A stretch of DNA of 64,000 nt from Candidatus Krumholzibacteriales bacterium (GCA_046483305.1 JAWODM010000043.1:1-64000), one strand, 5' to 3'. Positions 37,478 to 48,896 are shown, counted from the stretch's first letter. Notes: generated by a model from the sequence alone, not told the origin. A program made the numbers and translations.

Positions 37478-40381
37478 ATGACTGTTTCAGTAATTTCAAA
37501 AGCCATAAGATTGACGGCGGTATCTCTGATACTTGCCGCAGTATGCTTCTCCACCGCCGATGGACAGATAATACCTGCCGAAGAGGAGCCGTACTGGCAG
37601 CAGCAGGCGGATTACAGAATAGAGGTGAAGCTGGACGACCGGGCCAAGACTCTTTCCGGGAGCGAAGAAATCAGGTATGCCAACAACTCTCCCGATACCC
37701 TCTACAGTTTTTACATACATCTGTACCCCAATGCCTACAGCAGCAAATCATCATCTCTGATAAGGGATTATATGCCGGGAACCCTCTATTTCCTGGTAGG
37801 GCTGGCAGAGTCAAAACGCGGGTGGATGGAGATTGAAGAGCTGAAGGCGGACGGGGCGCCGGTTGAATATGAGATCGAAGAAACCATTCTTTCCGCTGAA
37901 TTTCCGTCCCCTCTCCTGCCGGGCCAGGAAACTGTTCTTGATATTAAATTCACCGAGAAGATAAGGAAGACTCTCGGCCGGGCCGGATATACCGGGGACC
38001 ACTACGATATCGCGCAGTGGTACCCCAAAATAGCGGTATATGACAAAACAGGATGGCACGCCGACCAGTTCAGGATGGGAGAGTTCTACGCTGATTTCGG
38101 GAATTACGATGTTCATATCTCGCTGCCGGAAAAATACGTGGTGGCAGCCACCGGAGAGCTGGTATCGGGCGACCCGGGTTGGATTTACAACTCCCCGGCC
38201 CGGGAGGCCCCTGAAACTGAAGAAGGCGGCGAGCCGGTATACAAGAAGATTCATTTCAAGGCGGAGCGTGTTCATGATTTTGCCTGGTGCGCCGACCCGG
38301 AGTATGCAGTGCAGGATACCACCGTGGGGGATACCAGGGTGATGAGTTTCTTCAGGGCGGGAAGCACCGCCTGGCGCGATTCCGTCCTTGCCAGGGGAGT
38401 CAGAACCATCAAATGGCTGGAAGAGTTCGTCGGCCCCTACGAATATCCCCAGATAACTATCGCGGAGGCTTTCATTCACGGGGGGATGGAATACCCCATG
38501 CTGGCTATGAACAGCGGCCCTGACATGGACCTGATAGTACACGAGGTAGGGCATAACTACTTCTACGGAATGCTTGCGAACAACGAGAGGGAAGAAGCCT
38601 GGATGGACGAAGGGTTTACCCAGTACCAGATGTTCAGGCGCAAGAAGGAACAGATCGGCAAGATGGGCGGGGGAGAAAGAATGGGAGGGCATTCCTTCAG
38701 CGGTTCTTCGATGTGGAAAGGGATAGCCAGACCTGTAATAAACGCGCACAGAACCGATTACGCCGAGAGAGTAGCCACCCCCCACCACGAATTCCAGAAT
38801 AACGCCAGGCTGATGCTCTATATCAAGGCCCCTCTTTTCCTGAGAGCGCTCCGGTACGTGGTAGGCCACCAGACCTTCGACCGGATAATCAGGGTATATT
38901 TCGAGAGGTGGAAATTCAGGCATGTGGACGAATCGGCTTTCCTGAATGTTTGCGAGGAAATATCGGGTATGCAGCTGGATGAAATATTCAAGCAGTGGCT
39001 GCATACCACCAAAGACTGTGATTACAGCCTGGAGGAGTTCGAAGCTGAGGAAACAGAGGAGGGCGGCTACCGGACCACCGTCGAAATAAGGCGCAAGGGG
39101 GAGATGATGATGCCCCTGGAGCTTGCCCTTGAATACGAGGACGGGAGCTCTTCTTCGAAGCGTATTGACGGAATGCTGAGAACTATAGGGGACACCCTGA
39201 TACTCGACAGAAAACCGTTGAGAGCCTCCATAAATCCGCAGAATGAGATACTGGATATCTACCATTTAGACAACTTCAGCCCCAGAAAAAGGGATTGGGC
39301 GCTGGATAATCCCTTTTCCAGAAGTTACCCCTCCGACGCCTATCAGTTCAGGCTCCTTCCGGTCGGGTTCTACAACGATATAGACGGAGGGCTGTTCGGG
39401 CTTCGGCTGAAAGGAGGGTATGACAACCGGTATCATAAATTCACCCTTCAGCAGATGTACGGCGCCGAGAGCGGAACCTACAATGTGTATTCCGATTATT
39501 CTCACCCGCTCGGATACTTCGGAAGGGATGCCTTCCTCAACCTCCAGGGTTACTACCGGGAGGGAAGAAGAGGAGGCGCGATATCGATAGACAAGAAACT
39601 GAGAAGCAGTTATTCCGATCCTCTTCCCCGGGACCTTTCCTTCAGGCTGGTTTACCAGGAACTGACCGATTCGGCTTACGTGATCCCGGGAACATACGAG
39701 GAGGGATTGAATCTGAATTGGGGCATGACTTTCGCGGTCTATCCAAAGATCGATATATACGCGTCCAGTTTCACCTTCAACTTTGACCGGTCGTTCTGGG
39801 GCAGCGATTTCAGATTCGAAGACTATTCTTTCGATCTTAAACTCTGGCCGGCCAGGAGGTTTCCGCTTCCAATAAAACCGAGATTCAGGTTCTTCCTGGT
39901 TCACACCGCCATGGACCCGCCCGTTCAGGAGAGGAATCTCCTCAGCGGGGAGGGTTTCCTGGACAGGGAGAATTACTTCTTCCTCAGAAGCCCCGGGGCT
40001 TTCTGGGAAGACAGCTACAGCAATATCAGGGTTGCGGGGGGAGCCAGCCTCCGCGGGTATTTTGACAACCTTTCGCTGTTTAAAACCGTGTTCGCTTCCA
40101 ATATGGAACTGGGACTGCCCTTCCCCGTTCCGATGAACCGCAAGGTCAGCAGAATGGTCAAACCGGACCTGTTCCTCTTCTATGACTGGGGAAAGGTTCA
40201 CGACTCTCTGGAAGGGCCCCATTCCGAAGCTCTCGGCGGAATAATCAGTGATTTCGGTATCGGGATCCGTCTGTTCGGAATCTCCGCGGAGTTTCCCGTT
40301 TACCTGAGCCACCCTTCAATTAACGGTGACGATGAAAAGTTCGAATTCAGATGGACAGTGGGGATAAACAGGGTGTTCTGA
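37478..40381 (+). CDS. M1-family metallopeptidase with C-terminal beta-rich domain
   Basis: GGMEYP and HEVGH-x18-E motifs; signal peptide. Confidence 0.9.
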   Translation: MTVSVISKAIRLTAVSLILAAVCFSTADGQIIPAEEEPYWQQQADYRIEVKLDDRAKTLSGSEEIRYANNSPDTLYSFYIHLYPNAYSSKSSSLIRDYMPGTLYFLVGLAESKRGWMEIEELKADGAPVEYEIEETILSAEFPSPLLPGQETVLDIKFTEKIRKTLGRAGYTGDHYDIAQWYPKIAVYDKTGWHADQFRMGEFYADFGNYDVHISLPEKYVVAATGELVSGDPGWIYNSPAREAPETEEGGEPVYKKIHFKAERVHDFAWCADPEYAVQDTTVGDTRVMSFFRAGSTAWRDSVLARGVRTIKWLEEFVGPYEYPQITIAEAFIHGGMEYPMLAMNSGPDMDLIVHEVGHNYFYGMLANNEREEAWMDEGFTQYQMFRRKKEQIGKMGGGERMGGHSFSGSSMWKGIARPVINAHRTDYAERVATPHHEFQNNARLMLYIKAPLFLRALRYVVGHQTFDRIIRVYFERWKFRHVDESAFLNVCEEISGMQLDEIFKQWLHTTKDCDYSLEEFEAEETEEGGYRTTVEIRRKGEMMMPLELALEYEDGSSSSKRIDGMLRTIGDTLILDRKPLRASINPQNEILDIYHLDNFSPRKRDWALDNPFSRSYPSDAYQFRLLPVGFYNDIDGGLFGLRLKGGYDNRYHKFTLQQMYGAESGTYNVYSDYSHPLGYFGRDAFLNLQGYYREGRRGGAISIDKKLRSSYSDPLPRDLSFRLVYQELTDSAYVIPGTYEEGLNLNWGMTFAVYPKIDIYASSFTFNFDRSFWGSDFRFEDYSFDLKLWPARRFPLPIKPRFRFFLVHTAMDPPVQERNLLSGEGFLDRENYFFLRSPGAFWEDSYSNIRVAGGASLRGYFDNLSLFKTVFASNMELGLPFPVPMNRKVSRMVKPDLFLFYDWGKVHDSLEGPHSEALGGIISDFGIGIRLFGISAEFPVYLSHPSINGDDEKFEFRWTVGINRVF

Positions 40382-40442
40382 TACTGCCGGGGAGAAATCG
40401 GGAAAGGTACGGCTCTTTTATCCTTAATCAGTAAAATAAGGA

Positions 40443-40465
40443 GGGCAGGTATTAAATACCTGCCC
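40443..40465. terminator. Hairpin between convergent genes
   Basis: GGGCAGGTAT-TAA-ATACCTGCCC, T-rich tail on -. Confidence 0.6.
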
Positions 40466-40815
40466 CATGGTCCCAAGGCTAACATTTTGCGGCTTTGCTG
40501 CTAACCTCTATTCCAGAAACCTGATTCTATTCTCCATAACATCTGGGGGAATAATAATCGAATCGCGGGCTCGATTTTTCAGGTCTCACTACTTATACGC
40601 ATCAATTATCATGCCAGTTCCAGCAATTTGGTTAAACCAGATGAACCGGGGGGGGGATTGTTGCTAATTAATGTTCTATATGCATTAACAGTAATAAGTT
40701 AAGCTATATCTGCTTCTGACGGTAATGGAGCAGCCGGGCGGCCCGCACTATCTTCCGGACATGCGTGAATAATAAAATATTTTAACTATTTGTTAAAACC
40801 GTTAATATATTTGCC

Positions 40816-42285
40816 TCATATATCAAGTACGTGGACAGTGTTGGTTGCCCTTCTTTCCCTGGTCGGAATCCCCGCGGTCAGTACCACCGCACCTTCATAA
40901 CCTCTTTCCGCGATCCTGTCCCGGGAAAGCCTGAATATCTCTTCCGCAGCTTCAAACCGGTCCACCGGTACCGGCTCGGCGCCCCAGACCAGCGACATTC
41001 TTCTTGCCGCGGGGAGAGAGTCGGTTAAAACCAGTATGGGAACTCCCGGCCGAAGCCTTGAAATCATCCTGCCGGTTCTGCCGGTATGTGAAAGGACCGC
41101 TATCGCCGCCGCATCCATATGGACTGCGATCTCCGCGGCTCCCGAACAGACCGCCCCGGTGATATCCGCGACCTCTTCCGGAGAAGAGCGCCCTGAACCG
41201 GGAAGGGTGCGGCAGGGATAGCCGGGTGTCTGCTCGGCTTCCTCGATAATTCTTCTCATCATATCCACCGACCGGACCGGGTATTCACCGGTAGCAGTTT
41301 CGGCCGAAAGCATCACCGCATCTGTCCCGTCCAGGACCGCGTTTGCCACATCGCTGGCCTCCGCCCTGGTCGGCCTCTCCACATGGGTCATCGATTCAAG
41401 CATCTGGGTGGCGGTAATCACGGGTTTGCCCGCTGCCAGGCACTTGCCGATCAGCTTCTTCTGGTAGGTAGGCACCTTCTCCGGAGGCACCTCCACTCCC
41501 AGGTCCCCCCTGGCGATCATTATCCCGTCGGCTTCGGCCAGGATGCCGTCGAACGATTCAATCGCCTCAAATTTCTCTATTTTCGCTATCACGGAAGCTT
41601 CGTGTCCGCTTTCGCTTATTATTCTTCTGGTTTCGGCCACCTCTTGGGGAGTCCTCACAAAGGAGAGAGCCACGAAATCCACTCCCATCTCCAGCCCGAA
41701 TTCAAGGTCCTCCCTGTCCTTGCCGCTGAGCGCCGGGGCGCTGATACTCACCCCCGGCAGGTTTATACCCTTTCTGGAAGAGAGAACCCCTCCGTCAAGG
41801 ACTCTGCACTTGACTTCGGACCCCACCGTTGAAATAACTTTCAGATGAATGGTGCCGTCCGCCATGAAAATGCTGTCGCCCTCAATTACATCGGAGGGAA
41901 GTTGCGGGTAGGTAACCGAGATGGCGCCTCTTTTATCCACGCCGCTGGTATTCAGGGTTACCATATCGCCGTTATTGAGCATAATGCTTCCGCCCTCTAT
42001 CTCACCCACCCTTATCTTGGGCCCCTGCAGGTCCTGCATTATGCCCACCTGATCGCTCAACTCCCTGATCATGCGGTATGCCTCCCGGTGCTGTTCGTAA
42101 CTTCCGTGAGAGAAGTTGAGCCGCGCCACATTCATCCCCGCGTCAATCATCCTGCTCAAGGTTTCCCTGTCGCCGGAGGCCGGTCCGATGGTACACACTA
42201 TCTTTGCTCTGCTCAAAAGCGGGCTCCCTTCCCTTGCTGCCGAAACAGACCGTTCAGACGCCCCACACTGATTTCGCATCCTCAA
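40816..42285 (-). CDS. pyk: Pyruvate kinase
   Basis: KIVCTIGPAS, RLNFSHG, DLQGPKIR, IAKIE, MIARGDLG, ATQMLESM. Confidence 0.96.
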   Translation of the reverse strand: MRMRNQCGASERSVSAAREGSPLLSRAKIVCTIGPASGDRETLSRMIDAGMNVARLNFSHGSYEQHREAYRMIRELSDQVGIMQDLQGPKIRVGEIEGGSIMLNNGDMVTLNTSGVDKRGAISVTYPQLPSDVIEGDSIFMADGTIHLKVISTVGSEVKCRVLDGGVLSSRKGINLPGVSISAPALSGKDREDLEFGLEMGVDFVALSFVRTPQEVAETRRIISESGHEASVIAKIEKFEAIESFDGILAEADGIMIARGDLGVEVPPEKVPTYQKKLIGKCLAAGKPVITATQMLESMTHVERPTRAEASDVANAVLDGTDAVMLSAETATGEYPVRSVDMMRRIIEEAEQTPGYPCRTLPGSGRSSPEEVADITGAVCSGAAEIAVHMDAAAIAVLSHTGRTGRMISRLRPGVPILVLTDSLPAARRMSLVWGAEPVPVDRFEAAEEIFRLSRDRIAERGYEGAVVLTAGIPTRERRATNTVHVLDI

Positions 42286-42457
42286 TCCCCATTCTATAAC
42301 GGCCCCGGTTTATTCACAATATAAATATGACCCCCGGGCGCGGTGGCCGGCTGAGAGAAATCTCCGCTGCCGGGGGCCGAGATACGGTAAAATCCGTGCA
42401 TTATTAACGATCAGATAATATAATTATCAGCTGATATTAAAAAGCAGAAGGCTGATT

Positions 42458-43600
42458 ATGAGATACCGGGTTCTTCACATTATCTACTCCCTGTTCCGGG
42501 GGGGCGCCGAGCGGCTGATAGAAACCACTGTCAGATTCTCGGACCCCTCTTTATTCCAACACAGCGTCTGCTCTCTGACAGAGGCCGGCGATATGGCTTC
42601 TTCTATCGAGAGAGCGGGGGCAGAAGTGCATGTAATGGGCAAGAGGGGCAGATTCGACCTCCGGGTTTTCCTCAGGCTTGCGTCTCTGATCAGGAAGGGA
42701 GGGTTCGACCTTCTTCATCTTCATAACATGCCGGGGAATCTCTGGGGAACCGCCGCCAGCAGCGCCGCCCTGAGCTCAACTCCCATCGTCCGGACGGAAC
42801 ACGGCTATCTCTTCCACTCCAGATACCCCCGTTTTTACGAATACCTGTATGTTGTCCTGTCCGCGAGGTCCAGGAAAATCATCTGTGTATGCGACGCCCT
42901 GAGAGAAACACTCTCTGACAGGTTCCCCTCGCTGAAAGAAAAGCTGATAACCATCCGCAACGGCATCCCGGCAGAGGATTTCTCAGGCCTTCCCTCAAAG
43001 GAGGAATGCCGCCGCTTTTTCGATCTTCCTTCCGGGCCCGGGTTGATAGGCACCGCGGGGCGCCTGAGCGGGGAGAAGAATCAGGCTGAACTGATTAGAG
43101 CATTCAGAATGGTCAGCGAGGATTTGACCGGCGTTAACCTCGCAATAATGGGAGAAGGTGAAATGAAGGATGATCTCACTTCAGCGGCCGAGGATATGGG
43201 CCTGGCCGGCAGAATCATTTTCCTTCCCCCTTCCGGCGAGATTGACAGATTCTACGGAGCGCTGGATCTTTTCGTTCTCAGCTCGACCAGCGAAGGGATG
43301 CCCCTTACCCTTCTGGAAGCGATGGCATGCGGGCTTCCGGTGGTTGCGCCCGCGGTGGGGGGGATCCCCGAAGCCGCCGAGGATTCCCTGAGCGGGTACC
43401 TCTATCCCGCCGGGAACGAAGAGCTGCTGGCGGACAGGATCTCCGGGATTATTTCCGACCCCGGGATGGGCAAAAGGATGGGCGAGAGGGGCCGGGAAAT
43501 AGTAAGGCGGGAATTCAACGCCGGGCGCTTCGCCTCCGAACAGGATGAGTTATATATGCGGATAATCCGTGAGTCAGCCCGGCCGGGCCGGCCCCTATAA
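42458..43600 (+). CDS. Glycosyltransferase family 4
   Basis: GGAER, GRL..EKN, EGMPLTLLEAMACG. Confidence 0.92.
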   Translation: MRYRVLHIIYSLFRGGAERLIETTVRFSDPSLFQHSVCSLTEAGDMASSIERAGAEVHVMGKRGRFDLRVFLRLASLIRKGGFDLLHLHNMPGNLWGTAASSAALSSTPIVRTEHGYLFHSRYPRFYEYLYVVLSARSRKIICVCDALRETLSDRFPSLKEKLITIRNGIPAEDFSGLPSKEECRRFFDLPSGPGLIGTAGRLSGEKNQAELIRAFRMVSEDLTGVNLAIMGEGEMKDDLTSAAEDMGLAGRIIFLPPSGEIDRFYGALDLFVLSSTSEGMPLTLLEAMACGLPVVAPAVGGIPEAAEDSLSGYLYPAGNEELLADRISGIISDPGMGKRMGERGREIVRREFNAGRFASEQDELYMRIIRESARPGRPL

Positions 43601-43642
43601 TGTAAGCGGTTTTAGAAGGCATTTCCTGGAACCTTTATGTTA

Positions 43643-44149
43643 TTAATCCGCCTCCGGATTCTTTAACCCGCCTTCCAGCATCCACAGTATTCCGAACCGG
43701 TCTCTGAGCATTCCTAAGTCATCCTTCAGGGGGAATATCACCCTTCCTCCCGTCGAAAGACGCGCGAATACACGCTTGAGGTCAAGTGTTTCGGAGAATC
43801 TTACAAAGATGGCGAAATTATCCACCACCACCGCAGCTTTACTCTCCGGAAGTCTGTCGGAAGCTCTGAGAATCAACCCATCCGCTCTCAGCTCCGAGTT
43901 GTAAATCCTGCCGCTCTCCTGCTCCGGCACATCCAGGCCGGATTCAGCGAATGTTCTCATCTCCACGATTTCGCCTCCCAGGCATTTCTGGTAATACGCC
44001 ATCGCTTCCCTGCAGTTTCCGGCGAACATCAGATACGGAGACGCCTCCCTGGCCGCCTGTTCAGCCTCGACGGATCCTTCCTTCTCCCCGGTGGAAGAGC
44101 AGGCCGCCAGCAGAACTGTCATCAGGATGAATACTGCTATTTTTTTCAT
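43643..44149 (-). CDS. VOC/PhnB-family lipoprotein
   Basis: PYL.F.GNC.EA..YY...LGG and DRFG..W motifs; lipobox. Confidence 0.8.
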   Translation of the reverse strand: MKKIAVFILMTVLLAACSSTGEKEGSVEAEQAAREASPYLMFAGNCREAMAYYQKCLGGEIVEMRTFAESGLDVPEQESGRIYNSELRADGLILRASDRLPESKAAVVVDNFAIFVRFSETLDLKRVFARLSTGGRVIFPLKDDLGMLRDRFGILWMLEGGLKNPEAD

Positions 44150-44355
44150 TGTGGCTCCCTTTCTGACGTTATTTTCAAAATTCGTTCTTTCAGATTGACC
44201 GGTAACCAGAGAATGATTTATTCTTCGAAATGTGTAAAGGGCTTAAATCATTTTTTGTATACTGATTCCACCGGCTGCCGTCAGGAATCTGCCGGGGCCG
44301 CCCAGGTATGGAAATCTGTACTGCAGCAGCAGGGCATTCAAAGATTGGAGCAGAT

Positions 44356-45630
44356 ATGAAATCCCGTATTCATTTTTTGGATATTTCCTCATTCCTTTTT
44401 CTTTTTCTGGTTATTACCGCTGCGCTGCTTTACATTTCCGGCTGCAGCGACAGTGATTCTCCCTCCGGACCTTCAGACCCGGATGGCATCTCAGTATCGC
44501 TTTCAACCCACTCCCTGCAGCTTGGAATTACCGAGGCCTTTCAGTTCAGCGCATCAGTAACAGGAGGGCAGGCAGACAATGTAATCTGGTATGTTGACAG
44601 TATAATGGGCGGAAGCTCCGAGCTGGGCACCATTACCCAGTCGAATCCTGCCGTATATACAGCGCCTGACGCTGTTCCTGCTCCGGAGGCGGTGCAGGTG
44701 ATGGCGGTCTCGGCAGATGACACCACCCGCTGCGACAGCTGCGCCGTTACCATCACATTCAATACCGTCTATGTCAACTCCTCCGCGGGCAATGACACTA
44801 CCGGAATTGGGGGGAAAAACAAGCCGTTTAAGACTATAACAAGAGGGCTGGAGTCAGCCGGCCCGGGGATGAAGGTAATGGCCGCCCCGGGAATTTACGA
44901 CCATTCTATCGGCGAGGTGTTCCCCATCAGCGTCCCTGATTCAGTGGTTCTGGAAGGGGAGGACTGGGAAAGCTGCGTTATCCGGATGGATGCGGAGACG
45001 CTGGGTGAGAGGTATGCTGTCATGATGAGCTGCCTCGATTGCGGTTTCCGCAAATTTACCCTGGAGGAGCCGGATGCCGGTGATCCTTACTGGACCATAG
45101 CTGTTTTTGTTTCAAGGGCCACCTACGCGCGCGCGGACAGCCTTCGTTGTCTTGAACGGGCCAGATATTCGGTACTGAGAGTTGCCCATGATACCGGATC
45201 CATAGTTGAAAACTGCTATTTTGCGGTCAGTGACGGGAATCTCTACGGCCGCGCTATGGAGATCGTCTTCAACGAAGAAGGTAACGAAACCATACTGAGG
45301 GGAAATACGGTTTCAGGCTTCAACAGCGGCCTGTTTTTTAATTACTTCCAGAATACAATGGTAGAAAACTGCAACCTCTCCGGCAATTCATTCGGGGCGT
45401 ACCTCTGCTGCCTGAACGATGCCAACAGCCAGCCGAATCCCGACTTCGGGGGAGGGGCAAGGGGTAGTACGGGAGGAAACGATTTCTCAAATACCGCCGG
45501 CGGGCTCTACAATGCGACGCCAAACGTTATATACGCCATGTATAATGTCTGGGAAAACTCCCCTCCGGTGGAAGGACAGGATTTCTTCAACCCCGATTCT
45601 CTAAACGGCGGGGCGGTGATAACGGAATAA
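44356..45630 (+). CDS. Lipoprotein with Ig-like and DUF1565/beta-helix domains
   Basis: Lipobox SGC, YV....GND...G....PFKTIT, PG.Y....GE.FPI. Confidence 0.75.
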   Translation: MKSRIHFLDISSFLFLFLVITAALLYISGCSDSDSPSGPSDPDGISVSLSTHSLQLGITEAFQFSASVTGGQADNVIWYVDSIMGGSSELGTITQSNPAVYTAPDAVPAPEAVQVMAVSADDTTRCDSCAVTITFNTVYVNSSAGNDTTGIGGKNKPFKTITRGLESAGPGMKVMAAPGIYDHSIGEVFPISVPDSVVLEGEDWESCVIRMDAETLGERYAVMMSCLDCGFRKFTLEEPDAGDPYWTIAVFVSRATYARADSLRCLERARYSVLRVAHDTGSIVENCYFAVSDGNLYGRAMEIVFNEEGNETILRGNTVSGFNSGLFFNYFQNTMVENCNLSGNSFGAYLCCLNDANSQPNPDFGGGARGSTGGNDFSNTAGGLYNATPNVIYAMYNVWENSPPVEGQDFFNPDSLNGGAVITE

Positions 45631-45656
45631 ATATTCCGGGAAATTGTCCGAATCGA

Positions 45657-48600
45657 TCATTCATCCCCCGGCGGGCCTGTGCCCGGTGCGGTTTGCGGGG
45701 CGGAAGCTCCGGTCAGCGCTCTTTCTTTTTCTCTTTTTCTCTTTTCATTCCAGATGAACAGAACCGGAACTATAAAGAGGTTCGAAAGAGTGGCTGTTAT
45801 CATACCTCCGACCGTGGGTGTGGCTATGGGGCGCATGATTTCGCTCCCGGTGCCGGTGGCTAACATCACCGGAAGAAGCGCCAGAATGGTGGTGGCGGTG
45901 GTCATCAGGACCGGGCGGACTCTGGCGGTGGCCGCCGCGACAGCCAGGCCGGTAATATCGTTTCCCTCCAGGACGCGGTCTCTCATGTAGCTGAGTAGCA
46001 CTATCCCGTCCTCCACCGCAACCCCGAAGAGGGCTATATACCCTACCCATACCGCTGTGCTGAATTTAATGTTAAGCAGGTACTGCAGGGCCACTCCTCC
46101 AACGAAGGCGAACGGGAGAGCTGAAAACAGAATCAGGGAGAAGGAAAATGACCTGAACTCTACATATATCAGCAGAAAGATGACGAATATGCAGATCGGA
46201 ACCAGCATCAGAAGCCTTCGGTCCGCGCTCTGCTTGTATTCGAATTGCCCCGCTATGCTGTAGTAAGTCCCTTCCGGCAGAGCAGGCCTTACCTTTTCGG
46301 AGAGCGCTCCCCTGACATTCTCAACGAAATCCATCAATCCGGTCCGGTCCGTATTGATGGAGACGAATACTCTGGAGTACGGCAGGGTATTTTCAGTTGA
46401 AATCATTGCCGGGCCCGGGACTCTTCTTATTTCTGAGAGAAGCCTCAGGGGCAGCTGCCTGCCACCCGGCGCCGGTACCAGAATATCCCCGATTTTTTCT
46501 TCGCTGTCCCGCAGCTCGCGGGGATACCTCACATTCAGAGGATACCTCTCTCTGCCCTCTATAATGGTCGAAATGTTCATGCCTCCCGCGGCGGTGGAAA
46601 TAACATCCTGGATGGTTCCGACCGCAACCCCGTAGCGGGCCGCTCTTTCTCTGTCGATATCTATCTCCAGGTAAGGTTTGTTTCCCAGCCTCTCCGCGTA
46701 AGGCCCCAGGGCGCCCGGAACTTCCCGGAGGGCGTCCTCTATCATCAGGGCCGCTTTCTCAATATTTTCCGTGTCGTCCCCGAATACCTTTATTCCCACC
46801 GGCGTCTGTATTCCGGTGGCAAGCATATCTATGCGGTTCCTGATAGGCTGGGTCATAATGGGGCTTACCCCGGGCATTTCGGTCTTTTCCTTTATTTCCT
46901 CGATCAGCTTCTCCCTGGTCATACCATCCCGCCACTGATCTCTGTCCTTCAGTTTGATAACAGTCTCTATCATGGCGACCGGGGCCGGATCGGTAGCTGT
47001 TTCAGCCCGGCCCAGTTTCCCCACTACCATTGAAACTTCAGGGATATCCGAGATTACCATGTCCTGTATTTCCATCACTTCCCTGACCCTGGTAAGAGAG
47101 GCTCCGGGCAGAAGAACCGGCATAAACAGCAGATCTCCTTCATTCAGCGGGGGCATGAATTCAGACGGGATCAGAGTGGCAAGCAGAAAAGCTCCCAGCA
47201 TCAGCAGAACGGCAATTATTATAACAGCCCTGCCGTATCTGATGGCCCACCTTATTACCGGGCGGTAGGCCGCCATTACCCAGCGGGTCAGGGGGTTCTC
47301 GTCGGGGCTCCGCAGCCTGCCCCTCAGCAGCATAACGCTTAGAACCGGCAGGAGAGTAATGGAAAGAATCGCCGCGATGGTCATCATCAGCGTCTTTGTC
47401 ACCGCCAGCGGCCTGAACAGCCTTCCCGCCTGCCCCATCAGGGCGAAAACCGGGATAAAGGCCACGATAATTATCAGTATGGCGAAGAATATAGGCTTTC
47501 CAACTTCCCTGGCCGCAGCCACCGATATCCGCATGCGGGTCTGCCTGTCCGCATTGCCTCCCCCGGCCTCGGAGAGCCTTCTGTATATATTTTCAGTCAT
47601 GATAATGCCGGCATCCACCATCACTCCGATCGCGATGGCGATCCCCCCAAGCGACATGATATTGGAAGGAACCCCGGCAATTTTCATGAACAGGAAAGCT
47701 CCCAGTATGCTCAGGGGCATTATCAGAGCTATCACCGCGGTGGACCTTAAATGCCACAGAAATACGAACAGAACCAGCATCGCCACTATCAATTCCTCTA
47801 TCAGGGCCAGAGAAAGCGTTCCGGTAGCTCTGTCTATTATCTCGGAGCGGTCGTAGAATGGGACTATTCTGATCCCCGGAGGAAGGCCCGCTTCGATATC
47901 ATCTATCTTATCCTTGATCCTGTCTATTACAGCGAGGGGGTTTTCTCCGTAACGCATAACCACTACCCCGCCTACCGCCTGGGCCCCTCCCTTGTCCAGC
48001 GCATTACGCCTGAAATCCGGGCCCAGTCCCACCTCCGCCACATCTGCGACAGTTACCGGCACCCCGTTATCCGCGCCGAGTACCACATTCTCTATATCCT
48101 GCACGCTGCTTATGAAACCAAGCCCCCGGATTATGAATTCCATCCCCCCTTCTTCAAACACCCTGGCTCCCACATCCCTGTTGCTCCTGCGGAGCTCTCT
48201 TACCAGGTCCAGTATGGATATCCCCCTGTTATACATTTCAAACGGGTCGACGGTCACCTGGTACTGCCTAACATATCCTCCCACCGAGGCCACTTCGCTG
48301 ACACCCTCAACCGCATTGAGCTGGTAGCGGATATACCAGTCCTGGATACTGCGAAGAGTCCCCAGATCTGTCTCCGCCAGGATCATTTCCCTGCCGTCTT
48401 CCGGGCATTTCCCCTTTTCGACGGAGGTAATTTCGGGATGCTCCGGGCAATAGTATACGTTTTCAACGGTGTACCACAGAATCTGGCCAAGGGCGGTGGC
48501 ATCCGGTCCCATTACGGGAGTTACCCCCCCGGGCATATCATTCTGGGCAAGGTTCAGTCTTTCCAGGACCCTGGTTCTCGCCCAGTAAAAATCGGTCCCC

Positions 48601-48896
48601 TCCTTGAAAATAATATTAACCAGGCTGAACCCGAAGGCGGAGGTGCCTCTGACCGTTTTCACCTTCGGTATGCCCATCAGTTTGGTGGTCAGGGGATAGG
48701 TTATCTGGTCTTCAATATCCCTCGGAGAGCGGCCGGGCCACTCGGCGATTACTATCACCTGCAACTCCCCTATATCGGGGATGGCATCGACCGGGGTTCT
48801 GTATGCAGCCCATATACCCGCTGCCACCATGAGCAGAACGGCGGAAACCACCAGAAAGCGGTTTTGCAGGCACCACTCTATTAACCGATCAATCAC
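45657..48896 (-). CDS. cusA: CusA/CzcA heavy-metal RND permease
   Basis: DAIPD, NIMSLGGIAIAIG.MVD, FMPPLNEG, RPVLMT. Confidence 0.93.
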   Translation of the reverse strand: MIDRLIEWCLQNRFLVVSAVLLMVAAGIWAAYRTPVDAIPDIGELQVIVIAEWPGRSPRDIEDQITYPLTTKLMGIPKVKTVRGTSAFGFSLVNIIFKEGTDFYWARTRVLERLNLAQNDMPGGVTPVMGPDATALGQILWYTVENVYYCPEHPEITSVEKGKCPEDGREMILAETDLGTLRSIQDWYIRYQLNAVEGVSEVASVGGYVRQYQVTVDPFEMYNRGISILDLVRELRRSNRDVGARVFEEGGMEFIIRGLGFISSVQDIENVVLGADNGVPVTVADVAEVGLGPDFRRNALDKGGAQAVGGVVVMRYGENPLAVIDRIKDKIDDIEAGLPPGIRIVPFYDRSEIIDRATGTLSLALIEELIVAMLVLFVFLWHLRSTAVIALIMPLSILGAFLFMKIAGVPSNIMSLGGIAIAIGVMVDAGIIMTENIYRRLSEAGGGNADRQTRMRISVAAAREVGKPIFFAILIIIVAFIPVFALMGQAGRLFRPLAVTKTLMMTIAAILSITLLPVLSVMLLRGRLRSPDENPLTRWVMAAYRPVIRWAIRYGRAVIIIAVLLMLGAFLLATLIPSEFMPPLNEGDLLFMPVLLPGASLTRVREVMEIQDMVISDIPEVSMVVGKLGRAETATDPAPVAMIETVIKLKDRDQWRDGMTREKLIEEIKEKTEMPGVSPIMTQPIRNRIDMLATGIQTPVGIKVFGDDTENIEKAALMIEDALREVPGALGPYAERLGNKPYLEIDIDRERAARYGVAVGTIQDVISTAAGGMNISTIIEGRERYPLNVRYPRELRDSEEKIGDILVPAPGGRQLPLRLLSEIRRVPGPAMISTENTLPYSRVFVSINTDRTGLMDFVENVRGALSEKVRPALPEGTYYSIAGQFEYKQSADRRLLMLVPICIFVIFLLIYVEFRSFSFSLILFSALPFAFVGGVALQYLLNIKFSTAVWVGYIALFGVAVEDGIVLLSYMRDRVLEGNDITGLAVAAATARVRPVLMTTATTILALLPVMLATGTGSEIMRPIATPTVGGMITATLSNLFIVPVLFIWNEKRKREKERALTGASAPQTAPGTGPPGDE

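Noticed and set aside
37811..40312. Long - strand ORFs (484 and 348 aa)
   Set aside because: Antisense shadows of the M1 peptidase with no recognisable motifs.
47751..48884. 377-aa + strand ORF
   Set aside because: Antisense shadow of cusA.
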